Counted from the stretch's first letter, positions 30,828 to 42,442 are shown. The stretch is 64,000 nucleotides of DNA from an uncultured Phycisphaerales bacterium (GCA_963772725.1 CAVYYI010000005.1:192001-256000); one strand, 5' to 3'. Program-made: numbers and translations. The notes: generated by a model from the sequence alone, not told the origin.

Positions 30828-31787
30828 TTATTTTTTAAGGAGGTTGTTAAGCTGCATCCAGTCGTGCAGTAGATTTGGCCAATGTGAGACCGGGCCTTTG
30901 TTTTTACCGAGACCGAATCCGTGTCCGCCATTTTCAAAAATGTGCATTTCCGCGGGGACGCCTGAATTTTTCAGGGCGAGATAAAACCTTACGCTGTTCT
31001 CGGGCGAGACAGTCTTATCGTCATTTGCAAGGATAAGAAATGTTTCGGGGGTTTCAGAGGTTACCTGCTTTTCGTTACTGTATTTCTCGACAAGTTCTTC
31101 GCTTGGATTTTCACCGATGAGATTCTTTTTTGTACCTTTATGTGTAATCGTATCATCCATAGAAATTACCGGATAGAGCAGCACCATAAAGTCTGGACGG
31201 GATGATAATCTTTCGATTGGGTCGTTGGCGTCTAGTCTGCCTTTATCGAAATGCGTTCCCGCCGTCGAAGCCAGATGCCCTCCAGCGGAGGAACCCATCA
31301 CACCGACTTGATTAGGGTCGATGCCCCAGTCTTTCGCGTTGAATCGCACCGTGCGAATCGCGTGCTGCAAATCCATCAGGGGAACCGTGTCGCCGTAAAC
31401 GTGTCCACCGGCAGGTCTGGGCAGCCTGTATTTCAGAACGATGCCAGCGACTCCAAATTCGTTTAGCCGCTTGGCTATTGAATAACCCTCAAGATTCATC
31501 GCAATACCGCCATAACCACCTCCGGGACAAAGCACTATCGCAGTTCCCGTATTCTTGCTTTTTTCAGGCAGGAAAATTGTCAGCGTAGGCCTATGGACAT
31601 CCCGCACCCCATAATTTTTACTCATAGACTCATTATCCGTAACACCCTGCGAGCCAGGCGCAACACCTGGCCACAACTGGATAACATCGCCTCCGAGCGG
31701 CCCCTTTTCAATCTTCTGCTGGTAACATCCAGATACTGTCAAGACCAGCGTTAGAAACGCCGAAACAAAAAATTTATATCTAACCAT
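30828..31787 (-). CDS. Alpha/beta hydrolase lipoprotein (carbohydrate esterase-like)
   Basis: CPGGGY, GSSAGGHL, RPDF, GGHGFG. Confidence 0.85.
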   Translation of the reverse strand: MVRYKFFVSAFLTLVLTVSGCYQQKIEKGPLGGDVIQLWPGVAPGSQGVTDNESMSKNYGVRDVHRPTLTIFLPEKSKNTGTAIVLCPGGGYGGIAMNLEGYSIAKRLNEFGVAGIVLKYRLPRPAGGHVYGDTVPLMDLQHAIRTVRFNAKDWGIDPNQVGVMGSSAGGHLASTAGTHFDKGRLDANDPIERLSSRPDFMVLLYPVISMDDTITHKGTKKNLIGENPSEELVEKYSNEKQVTSETPETFLILANDDKTVSPENSVRFYLALKNSGVPAEMHIFENGGHGFGLGKNKGPVSHWPNLLHDWMQLNNLLKK

Positions 31788-31855
31788 TTTTAAATGTCCT
31801 TTCCTAAAACTTTTATTCTGTTATTTAATCCAAACACATATTAACTGTTTCATCT

Positions 31856-33866
31856 TTACTTCCTTTGTTTTGATTTCGGGATGTATTCCGCATTCGCGAC
31901 CCTGTCGTTCCAATGGCAAAGCCAGCGGTCAAAAAGCGTTTTTTCGCCTTTTGGCTGCTGGTTGATTTTGAAGACGGAGTATTTTTTCCATTCGTTGATT
32001 TGGTCGGCAATTTCTTTTGCCTGCTGTTTATCCGCTTTCATGCCTTTTAGTTCAAGGGGGTCAGTATCCAGATTATAAATTGAAACCATATCGGTTGCCG
32101 GGTCGTGGAAAATTTTTCGCATTCCCTGGACAAATCCGGTGGGTCCCTGTTGTATCCAGCAGGAAAAATATAATCTTCGGTCATCAGGGATATTTCCAAG
32201 AGCATTAACGCCGTCGAAACCGGCGTTTTGAGTGTCGAATCCGAGCAGGGTCAGAAGTGTAGGTGTTAAATCGATGGAGCATACGGGTTTTACAATTCGC
32301 GTCTGCGGTTTAATAAGTCCCGGCGCACGTATTATCCAGGGTACACGAAGGGCTTCGTCGAAGGGAATCCGCTCATGGGCGGACAAACCATGCTCGCCGA
32401 AGGCCTCGCCGTGGTCGCTTATTACACAGAGAATCGTTCTGTCGGAAAGATTGAGTTTTTTGAGTTCCTTATCAACAGCGGCGATAAATTGGTCAGTGTA
32501 TGCGATTGTCTGCCTGTACCGCTCGACATGTTCTTTTGCAGGGGTTCCAAACCATTTGGGAATCTCGTAAGTATCGTGAGTTACCGAACACATCATTGTT
32601 ACGAAAAAAGGAGATTTATCTTTTTGTATCCATTGCAGAACATATTTTAACATTTGAAACTCGTCGGCGGCAAGGTAGCTTAAGTAAGCGTTGGGGTCTT
32701 TGAGGTCTTCTCTTGCCCAGAATTTTTCAAAGCCGAGGTTGTAAGCCAGACCGGGGCAGCATTCAAATTCGCCTTTTGCAGACTGGAAAAAGGCGGTTCG
32801 ATAGCCTAACTGGTTTTTCAGTATGGTGGCGATACCGGTGTAAGGTTTAACGGCAGGAACAGCCTCGCTGACATCCTCGTAAGCAGAAGGCAAATAACCG
32901 GTCAGCATCGCGAATAGCGATTTTGTCGTATGAGTCAGGGATGAGCGGTTATCTTCAAACTCGTGCGCCCTGTTTAGCCAAATCCGCCATGAACGGCGTC
33001 AGATTTTTTTGTTTATCATAGAGCGATGTAAATCTGTACTGGACTCCCTCCAAAACAATCAAAACCACATTGTACGGCTGTACCGCTGGTTCCGAACGGC
33101 GAGGCAGAATCACTTTATCGAATTCGGGTATTATTCGCTGTGTATTTTCATGCGGAGGCTGAATTAATTCTTCGAGATTATCCTTAGTGAAGAAAATTGT
33201 AACAGCTCTTAACTGGCTGTTGTAGCACATTCCCTCAGAAGCTATCGGAGTGGAACCGGTTTGGGCGATTACGCTGCCGGCCAGAGCAGAGAAGAAAACA
33301 ATGGCGCACGAAATATATAGTTTACTCTTGAAGATTTTACGGTTGTATTTCGGTATTGGCGGGTTCATAAAAATAGAAACGGAAAATATTACAGCGGCCG
33401 TGCCTGAACCCACAAGAATTATCCCTGCAAGGGGAGTTTTTATCATGTTCAAAAAAACCATGGCGAGTATGTTGAGCGGCTCACGAATCAAAGGCAGAAA
33501 GACCGAAGGGAGAATCTGCGTTCCTGTTCTTACCATCCAGCCGGCATTAAAGAGTGACCAGAGCAGGACTATAACGGCAATTGCCATAGATGTTCGAAGC
33601 ACCCAGCGTTTGGGTTTGTAAAAACACGCGGTAGTCAGGATTATTTCAATACCCAGCAAAACCGCGATATCGGAGAGAATCCATCGCGGGTACTGGCTGA
33701 CAAGATGCATATTACAAGAGTTGATGAATTTGATAAGCAATGTGCAGAACAAGGCCGCGAATATAAGGTTACTACATGCTTTTGGTGCTAAAATATCGTA
33801 CAAGCGACGAAAGAATAACGACACCTTTTCCAAACACGCTTTATTTTCGAGTTTAGTCGTGGTCAT
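31856..33866 (-). CDS. Membrane-anchored sulfatase/LTA-synthase-like protein (frameshift near 32950)
   Basis: N-terminal TMs, NVVLIVLEG, SDHGEAFGEHG, IDLTPTLL. Confidence 0.8.
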
Positions 33867-33925
33867 TCGTGGTCAAAAACTCTTTCCCGCCAAGGCACAA
33901 AGGCGAACTGTCTTTTATGTTTTTC

Positions 33926-34852
33926 TCATTTTTTGGTGGGGTTGGTTAAGAAAGCCGACTTTTTAATTTGGCCAGCGTTTTGTTCCTTAAGCGAACTGAG
34001 CAAAGAATCAAGAGCTTTAGCTTTTTCAGCCTGCAATAACTGCTTTTTAAGCCGTTCTTTTACAAGCGGAAGGGGCGAGGCCGCGACCTTTTCATCAAGG
34101 CGTACAACCTCATAAGCGTCTTTGGAGACCTCGATAGGCCCGATTATATCACCGGTTTTCGCCGCCTTGAGAGCGTTATAGATAGCTTCACCAAACCGCA
34201 TTTCCACCGTAGAATCAGAGGCATTGGAAACTTTACCGTCTTTTTTAGAGTGGATGGAAGCCGGCATCTGTTTAGCGAGAGTCGCTATATCCTCGCCGGC
34301 TTTTATTTTTTCGAGGATTTTCTGCGCATCTGCCAAGGTAGCTGTTCTGATGTGCGTAAAAGTATAAGAACCCTGCTTCATTAGTTTTGGATCTTTTAAT
34401 TTGTTTTGCTCATAATACTCGATAACGTTAGCATCAGATATGTTAACGGCGTCTTGAACTTTTTCGCGAAGTTCTATTCCAAAAGCTCTTTTGGCAACCA
34501 TATCGGCTATAAATTTCCCTTTTGGCTCATCGGTAATACCCCGTTTTTTCGCCTCTTCGTAAAGCATTTCATTTTCGAGCCACCATTCCGCAAGTTTCAC
34601 CATTTCCTCTTTTGGCGCATTGGGTTTCATCCACTCGAGCTGTCGCATCGTCAATTTGCTGTCTCCAAGACTGACTACAATTTCATCGTTTGCGTCTATT
34701 GTTTGAACGGGAGATTTAGTTTCGACTTTTGCGGCTGGTTTAGCCTTATTATTATCATCCTTCGGAGAAGTTATAGTTTTGGTGGCTGAACAGGACAACA
34801 GTGTAAATAGCGTTGCGAGCAAAACAACTTTAAAAATAGTTTTGTAAAACAT
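33926..34852 (-). CDS. PpiC-type peptidyl-prolyl isomerase lipoprotein
   Basis: LLSC lipobox; HI...A.KILEKIKAGED+ATLAK and GDIIGPI parvulin-like segments. Confidence 0.7.
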   Translation of the reverse strand: MFYKTIFKVVLLATLFTLLSCSATKTITSPKDDNNKAKPAAKVETKSPVQTIDANDEIVVSLGDSKLTMRQLEWMKPNAPKEEMVKLAEWWLENEMLYEEAKKRGITDEPKGKFIADMVAKRAFGIELREKVQDAVNISDANVIEYYEQNKLKDPKLMKQGSYTFTHIRTATLADAQKILEKIKAGEDIATLAKQMPASIHSKKDGKVSNASDSTVEMRFGEAIYNALKAAKTGDIIGPIEVSKDAYEVVRLDEKVAASPLPLVKERLKKQLLQAEKAKALDSLLSSLKEQNAGQIKKSAFLTNPTKK

Positions 34853-34981
34853 TTTTCTTTCCTTTCCTGAAAAAACCCAAAAAGATAATGGACTTTCGCC
34901 CCTATAAAATACCTCTCCAACCAAAAAAATGCAAGATTAGACTCTAAAAAAAGATTTGTTTTAATTCGCATGAATTCGTGG

Positions 34982-36214
34982 TTAAAAATTATTATTCTCT
35001 GTGAACTCTGCGATTAATGGTTCAGAAAGAGGCGGTGTGACAATTTGTTCTTTAGTGGATTGGCGGGCGATATTCAGCAAAACTCCGACGGCAAAAGCGG
35101 AAAAGAGCATACTTGTCCCTCCGGCGCTTACAAAAGGTAAAGGTATTCCTTTTGTGGGCAGTACCACGGTTACCACGCCGATATTGAGTGCCGCCTGGAT
35201 AGAAACAGCCATAACAATTCCAGCCGCCAAAAGCTGCCCGAATCGGTCCTTGCATCGCACAATGACCAGAATTCCGAGCAATGCGAACAGGATGAACAGC
35301 ATAATAATCAATGTTGTGCCGATAAGCCCCATTTCTTCGCCTATGATGGCGAAAATAAAATCTGTGGTGTCTTCAGGCAAATGGCCGTACTTGCAGATGC
35401 CCATGCCAAGCCCTTTTCCCAATATGCCGCCTGAGCCGAGTGCGATAAGGGACTGGTTTGCCTGGTAACTGGCTGACTCGGCGAATTGCTCCGGATTTAA
35501 AAAGGCCAGAATTCGCAGTCTCCTCGCATCGGAGTGTATTATCGCTAAAACAAAGGCTACAACTCCGAATGGAAGCGGCGCCAGCATATAGACCAGCCTT
35601 GCGCCGGCGATAATGAGAATAAGGAAAGACAGCAGGGCAACCAGGGCCGCGGTTCCGAAGTCTTCGATGAGAATCAGCCCCGCGACCAGGCCGACAATCA
35701 GGCATATTGATACGAATTTTTTGCCGAGGGAGCCAAGGTCGTCGTTAAATTTATCGCAAAATGCGGCTACAAAGAAAATGGTAATCCATTTGGCCATTTC
35801 CGAGGGCTGAAAACTGATGCTTACAGGTCCCGCGGGAATCCGCAGCCACCGTCGGGCGTAATTTACCTCTACCCCAAAGTGCGGAATTAAAACCATTATG
35901 AGTAGAATCACGCTGATGCCGAGCAGATACACGATGGGCGATTTTGCCCAGGTGTCGGCGAGGTGAAACTTTCGATAGTCCAGGCGCGAGAAAGCGTACA
36001 TAATCAGTACCGCCAGAGGGAAAAACAGGATTTGGCGCATGGCCGGTGAGCTGTAAAACTTACGCCAGCTAAGCTCCTGCGTAACGTTCACACCCGCAGA
36101 GAAGACGAAAATTGTACCGATAGCCATTAAGATGATGACCACCGCTGAAATATAGTCAGCGAGGTTTTCGTTTCTTATCTTCGGGGCCTCAATTTGCTTA
36201 AAAGGGTTTTTCAC
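34982..36214 (-). CDS. ftsW: FtsW/RodA/SpoVE-family peptidoglycan glycosyltransferase
   Basis: ARRW, FQPSEMAK, DFGT, LPEDTTDFIF, PTKGIPLPFVSAGGTS. Confidence 0.88.
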   Translation of the reverse strand: MKNPFKQIEAPKIRNENLADYISAVVIILMAIGTIFVFSAGVNVTQELSWRKFYSSPAMRQILFFPLAVLIMYAFSRLDYRKFHLADTWAKSPIVYLLGISVILLIMVLIPHFGVEVNYARRWLRIPAGPVSISFQPSEMAKWITIFFVAAFCDKFNDDLGSLGKKFVSICLIVGLVAGLILIEDFGTAALVALLSFLILIIAGARLVYMLAPLPFGVVAFVLAIIHSDARRLRILAFLNPEQFAESASYQANQSLIALGSGGILGKGLGMGICKYGHLPEDTTDFIFAIIGEEMGLIGTTLIIMLFILFALLGILVIVRCKDRFGQLLAAGIVMAVSIQAALNIGVVTVVLPTKGIPLPFVSAGGTSMLFSAFAVGVLLNIARQSTKEQIVTPPLSEPLIAEFTENNNF

Positions 36215-36353
36215 GAATCAGTCCTTTATTCTGTATTATACATTTTCGGCCATAGCACCTGAAAAAGTAAAGAAGAAAGTGAGGCAAAGCCGGGAAAATC
36301 CGAAGCGCAAAGTACAAAACAAATTCCAAAGGCACAAAATTCAAATTTGGTTT

Positions 36354-36653
36354 TTACTTTATAATATTTAATTTACTTATAAGCATCTGGGATGAGATTC
36401 CGGAGATTTGAATCTGTTTGATGGGGCTGGTTTGGCCGGTGAGGATTTTGATGTCTTTCTTTTTGATGTTAAGCTGGTCGGCGAGAAACTCGACGAGGTT
36501 CTGGTTGGCTTTTCCCTTCTCCGGCGGGGCGGCGACTTTGACTTTCAGCATTCCGTCGAGGATGCCCGCGAGAGAGGTTCTGCTGCTGCCGGGAACGATT
36601 TTGGCGGTAAAAACCGCTGAGCCGTTAATATCCTGAACCATCAAATCAGACAT
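36354..36653 (-). CDS. DUF167/YggU family protein
   Basis: LKVKVAAPPEKGKAN, GQTS..K. Confidence 0.88.
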   Translation of the reverse strand: MSDLMVQDINGSAVFTAKIVPGSSRTSLAGILDGMLKVKVAAPPEKGKANQNLVEFLADQLNIKKKDIKILTGQTSPIKQIQISGISSQMLISKLNIIK

Positions 36654-36659
36654 AGGTTT

Positions 36660-36962
36660 TTATTCTGTTTTTTCCCTGAGGTTTGAGCCGACGGCCAACT
36701 GGACGTATTTTTCAATCTGCTCGGCGAGTTCGCCCAGTGTATCAAGCTGGAAATCCTCGTAATGACCCTGGATAAACTCACCACTGAGTGCCTTTTTGTA
36801 AATCCTAACCCTGATAATAGAGCTGTTGGAATCGCCTTTGCTGTAATCGTTGTCTTTATGCTCGGTCAGTTCCACCCGCCAGTCCTCGCTGATAAACACA
36901 AGGCACTTGCCGGTATAAACCGCGGTCGGAAAATAATCTCGCAATAATTTTAAGGTTTCCAT
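36660..36962 (-). CDS. Hypothetical protein
   Basis: 100-aa ORF, co-oriented and 6 nt from the next gene. Confidence 0.65.
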   Translation of the reverse strand: METLKLLRDYFPTAVYTGKCLVFISEDWRVELTEHKDNDYSKGDSNSSIIRVRIYKKALSGEFIQGHYEDFQLDTLGELAEQIEKYVQLAVGSNLREKTE

Positions 36963-37404
36963 AATTTTTAATCACGGATTACACAGATAACACCGTTTTT
37001 AATTGAAAATATTCTTATCACGGTTAGGTTATCAATTATTTTTTCAATAATCAATTAAAAACGCAGCGACAAATAAATCCGAGCCGCGACAGTGATGGAG
37101 CGGGTGAACCACAAATTTAATCCGTAGGCTATATATAGCGGTCATTTCAATAAAACTTTGGTTTCCGCGTGTAATATTTTCAGAAGTTCCTTTTTGTCCT
37201 CTTTGGAAAATTTTTTGTGTCTTTTTGCAGCTGATTTGCTTGGGTCTGGCGTCCTGCGTCTTGCGCCTTTTTTCTACCAACTACGAACTCCAAACCACCA
37301 ACTTTTCTTCTGTATTCTACCCCGAAGCAAGGTTGACAATGGCACCGATTGGCTTTACAATCTAACTAATTACTAATTAGAAGAAAAAGCTTTAGGAGGC
37401 GAAA

Positions 37405-38130
37405 ATGAAGTTAAGAGGCGTAGTACTTGCTGGCGGCACGGGGTCGCGACTTCGGCCGTTAACTAAGGTTACGAACAAGCATCTGCTGCCGGTGGGGCAA
37501 AAGCCGATGATTTATTATCCGATTGAAAAGCTGACGGGTATCGGAATCAGCGAAATTCTGATAGTAACGGGCGTTGAGCATATGGGCGACGTGGTCGGTC
37601 TGCTGGGTTCGGGTAAGGAATTCGGGTGCAAATTTACGTATAAGGTTCAGGATGAGGCCGGCGGAATCGCACAGGCGCTGTCTTTGGCGGATAATTTCGC
37701 CAATGGGCAAAGCGTCGCGGTAATTCTGGGCGACAATATATTCGAGGCAAATCTGAAAAGCTACGCCGATAAGTTTATGGAGCAGAAGGTCGGGGCGAAG
37801 CTGCTGATAAAGAAGGTTTCAGACCCACAGCGTTTCGGGGTGGCGGAAATTTCCGGCACGAGGGTCATAGGAATCGAAGAGAAGCCGAAAAATCCCAAAT
37901 CGCATTACGCGGTAACAGGCATATATTTTTATGACGGGGCGGTTTTCGATATAATTCGGACCCTGAAACCTTCGGCCCGCGGAGAATACGAAGTTACGGA
38001 CATAAACAACGCCTACATCGACAGGGGGCAGTTGACTTACGATATTCTGGAAGGCTGGTGGAGTGATGCCGGCACGTTTGAATCATTGAACAAGGTAAAT
38101 GAACTGGTTGCGAAGGAGCCGCCGAAATGA
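37405..38130 (+). CDS. rmlA: Glucose-1-phosphate thymidylyltransferase
   Basis: LAGGTGSRL.PLT, EEKP, PSARGEYEVTD, WSDAGT. Confidence 0.9.
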   Translation: MKLRGVVLAGGTGSRLRPLTKVTNKHLLPVGQKPMIYYPIEKLTGIGISEILIVTGVEHMGDVVGLLGSGKEFGCKFTYKVQDEAGGIAQALSLADNFANGQSVAVILGDNIFEANLKSYADKFMEQKVGAKLLIKKVSDPQRFGVAEISGTRVIGIEEKPKNPKSHYAVTGIYFYDGAVFDIIRTLKPSARGEYEVTDINNAYIDRGQLTYDILEGWWSDAGTFESLNKVNELVAKEPPK

Positions 38131-38654
38131 GCAAAGAGATTGCGAAACTTAAAACAGTATTTTCAGAGGGAAGCCTTATTATCTGGGGTTCGGGTTCGCT
38201 GATAGACGGTGTGGCGGTGCGATGCGGCAAGGTTTTGTCGGATGAGCGCGGCCGGTTGGGCGAGATTATGCGGGCGGACGACCCGTGGTTTAAGAAGTTC
38301 GGGCAGGTTTATTTTACGACGACTTATCCGGGGGTTGTAAAGGCGTGGCATTACCATAAAACGCAGACCGACCATTTTTACGTCATAAAAGGGACAGTGA
38401 AAGTCGCCCTTTATGATGACCGCAAGGATTCACCCACCTACGGCGTTATAAATCAGCTTTATCTGGGCGAGCATTGTCCGGGGCTTATACGGATTCCTCC
38501 CGGGGTGCAACACGGCTGGATGTGCGTCAGCGATACCGAGGCGTATATTGTGAATATCGTTTCGGAGATGTACGACTATAAACAGCCGGACGAGTTCCGC
38601 ACGCATCCGCACAATAATCACATTCCTTACGAGTGGACGCGGAAAGATGGGTAA
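38127..38654 (+). CDS. rmlC: dTDP-4-dehydrorhamnose 3,5-epimerase family
   Basis: DERG, KAWHYH, DRKDSPTYG, IPPGVQHG. Confidence 0.9.
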   Translation: MSKEIAKLKTVFSEGSLIIWGSGSLIDGVAVRCGKVLSDERGRLGEIMRADDPWFKKFGQVYFTTTYPGVVKAWHYHKTQTDHFYVIKGTVKVALYDDRKDSPTYGVINQLYLGEHCPGLIRIPPGVQHGWMCVSDTEAYIVNIVSEMYDYKQPDEFRTHPHNNHIPYEWTRKDG

Positions 38655-39489
38655 AGAAAAGGTCGTAATACTGGGTGGAAAAGGAATGCTTGGGACGGAT
38701 TTGGCGGCGGCATGTGAGAATGGGGGCTATGATACCGTTGTTTTTGACCTGCCGGAATTCGATATTGCTAACCCGCAGCATTTGCGGGAGGCGTTGAAGA
38801 ATACCAAAACAGTTATTAACTGCGCGGCCTATACCAATGTTGAAAAAGCGGAGAGCGAGGCGGATTTAGCGTATAAGATTAATGCGCATGCGGTGGGGGT
38901 GCTGGGTGAAATCGCGAAAAAAAACGGCGTATGGGTTTTGCATATAAGCACCGATTTTGTTTTTGACGGCAGGAGCAACAAGCCCTACGTCGAGACGGAC
39001 AAGCCGAATCCGATAAATACTTATGGCGGGAGCAAACTGGCCGGCGAGGAGCTTTTAGTTGAAAGCGGCTGTTTAAACTGTATAATGCGTCTTGAGTGGA
39101 CGTACGGCTTAAAGGGTAATAATTTTGTCAGTAAGCTGATAGCGGCGGCGAAACAGCGGCCGGAGCTTAGCGTGGTCGATGACCAAAAAGGCTCACCGAC
39201 GGCAACGACTGAGGCGGCTGAGGCGATTTGCAAACTGCTGGAGAAAAAACCGCAGGGGCTTTTTCATTTTGCCGCGGGCGGTTATGTCAGCAGGTTCGGG
39301 ATGGCTGACTTTATTTTTGAAAAGCTAAATCTGCCGGTCAGACTGAAAAGCTGCAAAACCAGTGATTATCCCAGCGCCGCGGCAAGGCCTTTTAACAGTT
39401 GTTTTGACTGCGGGAAAATTACGGCGCTGCTTGGTGAGCCGATTGAAAACTGGCAGGAACCTTTGGAAAGATTTTTGAAACGATTTTAA
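38647..39489 (+). CDS. rmlD: dTDP-4-dehydrorhamnose reductase
   Basis: GGKGMLG, NCAAYT, STDFVFDG, YGGSK, DQKGSPT. Confidence 0.93.
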   Translation: MGKEKVVILGGKGMLGTDLAAACENGGYDTVVFDLPEFDIANPQHLREALKNTKTVINCAAYTNVEKAESEADLAYKINAHAVGVLGEIAKKNGVWVLHISTDFVFDGRSNKPYVETDKPNPINTYGGSKLAGEELLVESGCLNCIMRLEWTYGLKGNNFVSKLIAAAKQRPELSVVDDQKGSPTATTEAAEAICKLLEKKPQGLFHFAAGGYVSRFGMADFIFEKLNLPVRLKSCKTSDYPSAAARPFNSCFDCGKITALLGEPIENWQEPLERFLKRF

Positions 39490-39493
39490 ACGC

Positions 39494-39579
39494 TGTCATT
39501 CCCGTGAAAGCGGGAATCCAGGAGGCGAGCTTTTGACGGATGACCAAAATTATGGATACCTGCTTTCGCAGGTATGACA
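39494..39579. repeat. REP/MITE-like inverted-repeat element
   Basis: TGTCATTCCCGTGAAAGCGGGAATCCA ... TGGATACCTGCTTTCGCAGGTATGACA. Confidence 0.8.
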
Positions 39580-39592
39580 ATGAGGTTCGATT

Positions 39593-40609
39593 ATGAGAAA
39601 AATACTTGTAACAGGCGGTGCGGGATTTATCGGGAGCAATTTCATCCGGATGGTGCTTTCTGAGCAGCCGGACTGTTTTGTTGTTAATCTTGACAAATTA
39701 ACTTACGCTGGTAATCTCGAAAACCTCGAGGGATTTATGAACCATCCCAATCACAAGTTTGTCAAAGGCGACATTTGTGACGCCGGGCTGGTTGACAGGC
39801 TGATTGACGAATACAAGATTGACGCGATAATAAATTTCGCCGCGGAAAGTCATGTTGACCGCTCAATTACCGAGCCGAAAATTTTTATAACGACCAATGT
39901 TACCGGCACATTGACGCTGCTGGAAGCGGCACGGGATAAGAAACTTGAGCGATTCGTACAGATTTCGACCGACGAGGTTTACGGAACGCTGAGTTTAACA
40001 GAGGGCAAGTTCACCGAGAAGACGTCTTTGAGCCCGAATTCGCCGTATTCAGCCAGCAAGGCCGCCGCCGACCTTTTGGTCAGGGCATTCGGGCATACGT
40101 GGGGGCTGAGATACAATATCACGCGGTGTTCGAATAATTACGGGCAGTATCAGTTTCCGGAAAAGATGATTCCGCTGATGATAAATAACGCGTTGAACGA
40201 TAAGGCTCTGCCGGTATATGGCGACGGGATGCAGATTCGGGACTGGCTTTATGTTTATGACCATTGTACGGCTATCTGGGCGGTTCTGACAAAGGCCAGG
40301 CCCGGGGAGATTTACAATATCGGCGGGTGCAATGAGAAAACAAATCTCGAGGTAATCAGCCTGATACTCAAACAACTCGGTAAACCAGAATCACTTATTC
40401 AGCACGTTACCGACAGGCCTGGCCACGACAGGAGATATGCCATCGACGCGGATAAAATAATCAACGAGCTTAGCTGGAAGCCTTCGGTTACATTTGAGCA
40501 GGGTATTGTTAAGACGATACAATGGTACTTAGATAACAAGGTGTGGCTCAACAATGTTGTATCCGGCGAGTATCAGAAATATTATCAGGCGATGTACTTC
40601 AACCGCTGA
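39593..40609 (+). CDS. rmlB: dTDP-glucose 4,6-dehydratase
   Basis: TGGAGFIGSNF, AAESHVDRSI, STDEVYG, YSASK, DRPGHDRRY. Confidence 0.96.
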   Translation: MRKILVTGGAGFIGSNFIRMVLSEQPDCFVVNLDKLTYAGNLENLEGFMNHPNHKFVKGDICDAGLVDRLIDEYKIDAIINFAAESHVDRSITEPKIFITTNVTGTLTLLEAARDKKLERFVQISTDEVYGTLSLTEGKFTEKTSLSPNSPYSASKAAADLLVRAFGHTWGLRYNITRCSNNYGQYQFPEKMIPLMINNALNDKALPVYGDGMQIRDWLYVYDHCTAIWAVLTKARPGEIYNIGGCNEKTNLEVISLILKQLGKPESLIQHVTDRPGHDRRYAIDADKIINELSWKPSVTFEQGIVKTIQWYLDNKVWLNNVVSGEYQKYYQAMYFNR

Positions 40610-40703
40610 AAAAGCAAAATGGAGTTTGCGTTGTGGCAGAACTGACAGGAAATAAGGCTTCGAAGCAGGTGCGAGAGATACTGGCGGACGGTTCACTGGA
40701 TAA

Positions 40704-41648
40704 ATGATGAGAAGAAACGGGAAATTAATAACCAATATCGTTTTTACAAAAAACAGGCCTTTGCAGCTTGAAGGATACCTGAGAAGTTTGTACACACATT
40801 TCCCGGAAGAAATCTTCAAAACTTTTATCCTCTACAAAAAAGAACTCTTCAGCAAGGAATACAAACAGCTCTTCAGCGAATTTCCGGGCTGCGTTGTGAT
40901 TGAGGAGAGCGATTTTTCAAAGGATTTTTTCAATATCGTCAAACATATCGATACCGAATACATGATGTTCGGAGTAGATGATGTTGTTTACTTCGATGGC
41001 GTTGATTTTGAGATAATTGATAGAACTTTCAAAGAACATTCCGTCAATATTTTTGGATTTTCTCTTCGCTTCGACAAAGAAATTCTTGGGGCAGGCGGCG
41101 ACATTATTACCGAAAATAATGTAAATGGTCAGGCTGTTTGCAGCATAGACTGGACTGATGGCAAAACTCCTAATAGCCGGTATCCGTTCGAGCTTTGTGC
41201 TACAATTTATAAAACCGAGCTCGTAAAAAAGATTCTGAAAGGTTCACGTGTAGATAATCCCATTACGGAGTTTCTTTTTGCTCCGTCATCGGCGATTGCT
41301 TTCTTTTTCGGCCTGCTTGGATTGAAACGGAAATTACTAAAGTCGCTGGGTTATTTTTACAGCCCGAATACGCTCGAATCGTGGAACTGCCGCTGGTGCC
41401 GAAAAAACAGCGGCAAATTGCCTCGGCGTCTTTCCTTTCAAAAGCATTGCGCAAGTGCGATACAGGTGAATCTTGTTAATACGTCAACGGCTAATGAAAG
41501 TGAAGGAACCGCCGAACAAACAGTAGAAACGCTTGCAGAAAAGTACAGACAGGGCTACCGGATAGATATAGAATCCCTGGAAAGTAACAGGCCAATGCAC
41601 ACTCATAGCGGTACAGAATTTTTCAGATTAAGTAAGAAAGATAATTAA
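40704..41648 (+). CDS. Hypothetical glycosyltransferase-like protein in polysaccharide cluster
   Basis: IVFTKNRPLQL, VDD motif; cluster context. Confidence 0.55.
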   Translation: MMRRNGKLITNIVFTKNRPLQLEGYLRSLYTHFPEEIFKTFILYKKELFSKEYKQLFSEFPGCVVIEESDFSKDFFNIVKHIDTEYMMFGVDDVVYFDGVDFEIIDRTFKEHSVNIFGFSLRFDKEILGAGGDIITENNVNGQAVCSIDWTDGKTPNSRYPFELCATIYKTELVKKILKGSRVDNPITEFLFAPSSAIAFFFGLLGLKRKLLKSLGYFYSPNTLESWNCRWCRKNSGKLPRRLSFQKHCASAIQVNLVNTSTANESEGTAEQTVETLAEKYRQGYRIDIESLESNRPMHTHSGTEFFRLSKKDN

Positions 41649-42394
41649 TGTCACGTTTTTACAGCAGATGGAAAAAACCGTTGATGAGGTCGAAAATTCT
41701 TTCGGGTCTCTCTAAATACCCCGCATATTTTACTGACTGGTACCGCTACAGCAGGATGGAAGGTGCGGAAAAAATAAGGCTCTCGGATACATATCCGTGT
41801 CTTTTTGATAAAACCTCAACAACCGGCGTTGACAGTCATTACTTCTATCAGGGAATATGGGCATTTAAGAGGATTCTCGCAAATAAACCTTTGAAACATG
41901 TAGATGTAGGTTCGGATGTCGATTTTGTGGGTTATTTGAGCGCTATCACAGAAGTTGAATTTGTGGATATACGGCCGCTGACGGTATCCAACATCGGCAA
42001 TCTTGAATCAATCAAGGGCAGTATTCTCGAAATGCCCTTTGAGGATAATTCTGTTTCTTCGCTTTCCTGTCTTCACGTGGCGGAGCATATAGGTCTTGGC
42101 AGATATGGTGATCCTCTCGACCCATCAGGAACAAAAAAAGCCGCAAAAGAGTTAAGCAGGGTACTGGCCAAAGGCGGCAATCTTTATTTTTCTTTACCTA
42201 TCGGCAAGTCCAGAATCTGCTTTAATGCTCATCGAATACACAGCCCGCGGCAGATACTCGAATACTTCAGCGACCTTAAATTAGTAGAGTTATCTGGTTC
42301 GACAGATAATAAAGAATTTTTAGAAAATATCGATATTACAAAACTCGAAAATCAAAAATACGCATGTGCAATGTTCTGGTTTACTAAAGGGTAA
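41648..42394 (+). CDS. DUF268-like SAM-dependent methyltransferase
   Basis: HVDVGS, EHIGLGRYGDPLDP.G, FNAHRI. Confidence 0.8.
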   Translation: MSRFYSRWKKPLMRSKILSGLSKYPAYFTDWYRYSRMEGAEKIRLSDTYPCLFDKTSTTGVDSHYFYQGIWAFKRILANKPLKHVDVGSDVDFVGYLSAITEVEFVDIRPLTVSNIGNLESIKGSILEMPFEDNSVSSLSCLHVAEHIGLGRYGDPLDPSGTKKAAKELSRVLAKGGNLYFSLPIGKSRICFNAHRIHSPRQILEYFSDLKLVELSGSTDNKEFLENIDITKLENQKYACAMFWFTKG

Positions 42395-42442
42395 TAAAAA
42401 AAGTTTAAATTAATCAAGGTATCTTGCGGAATTAAAGACAAA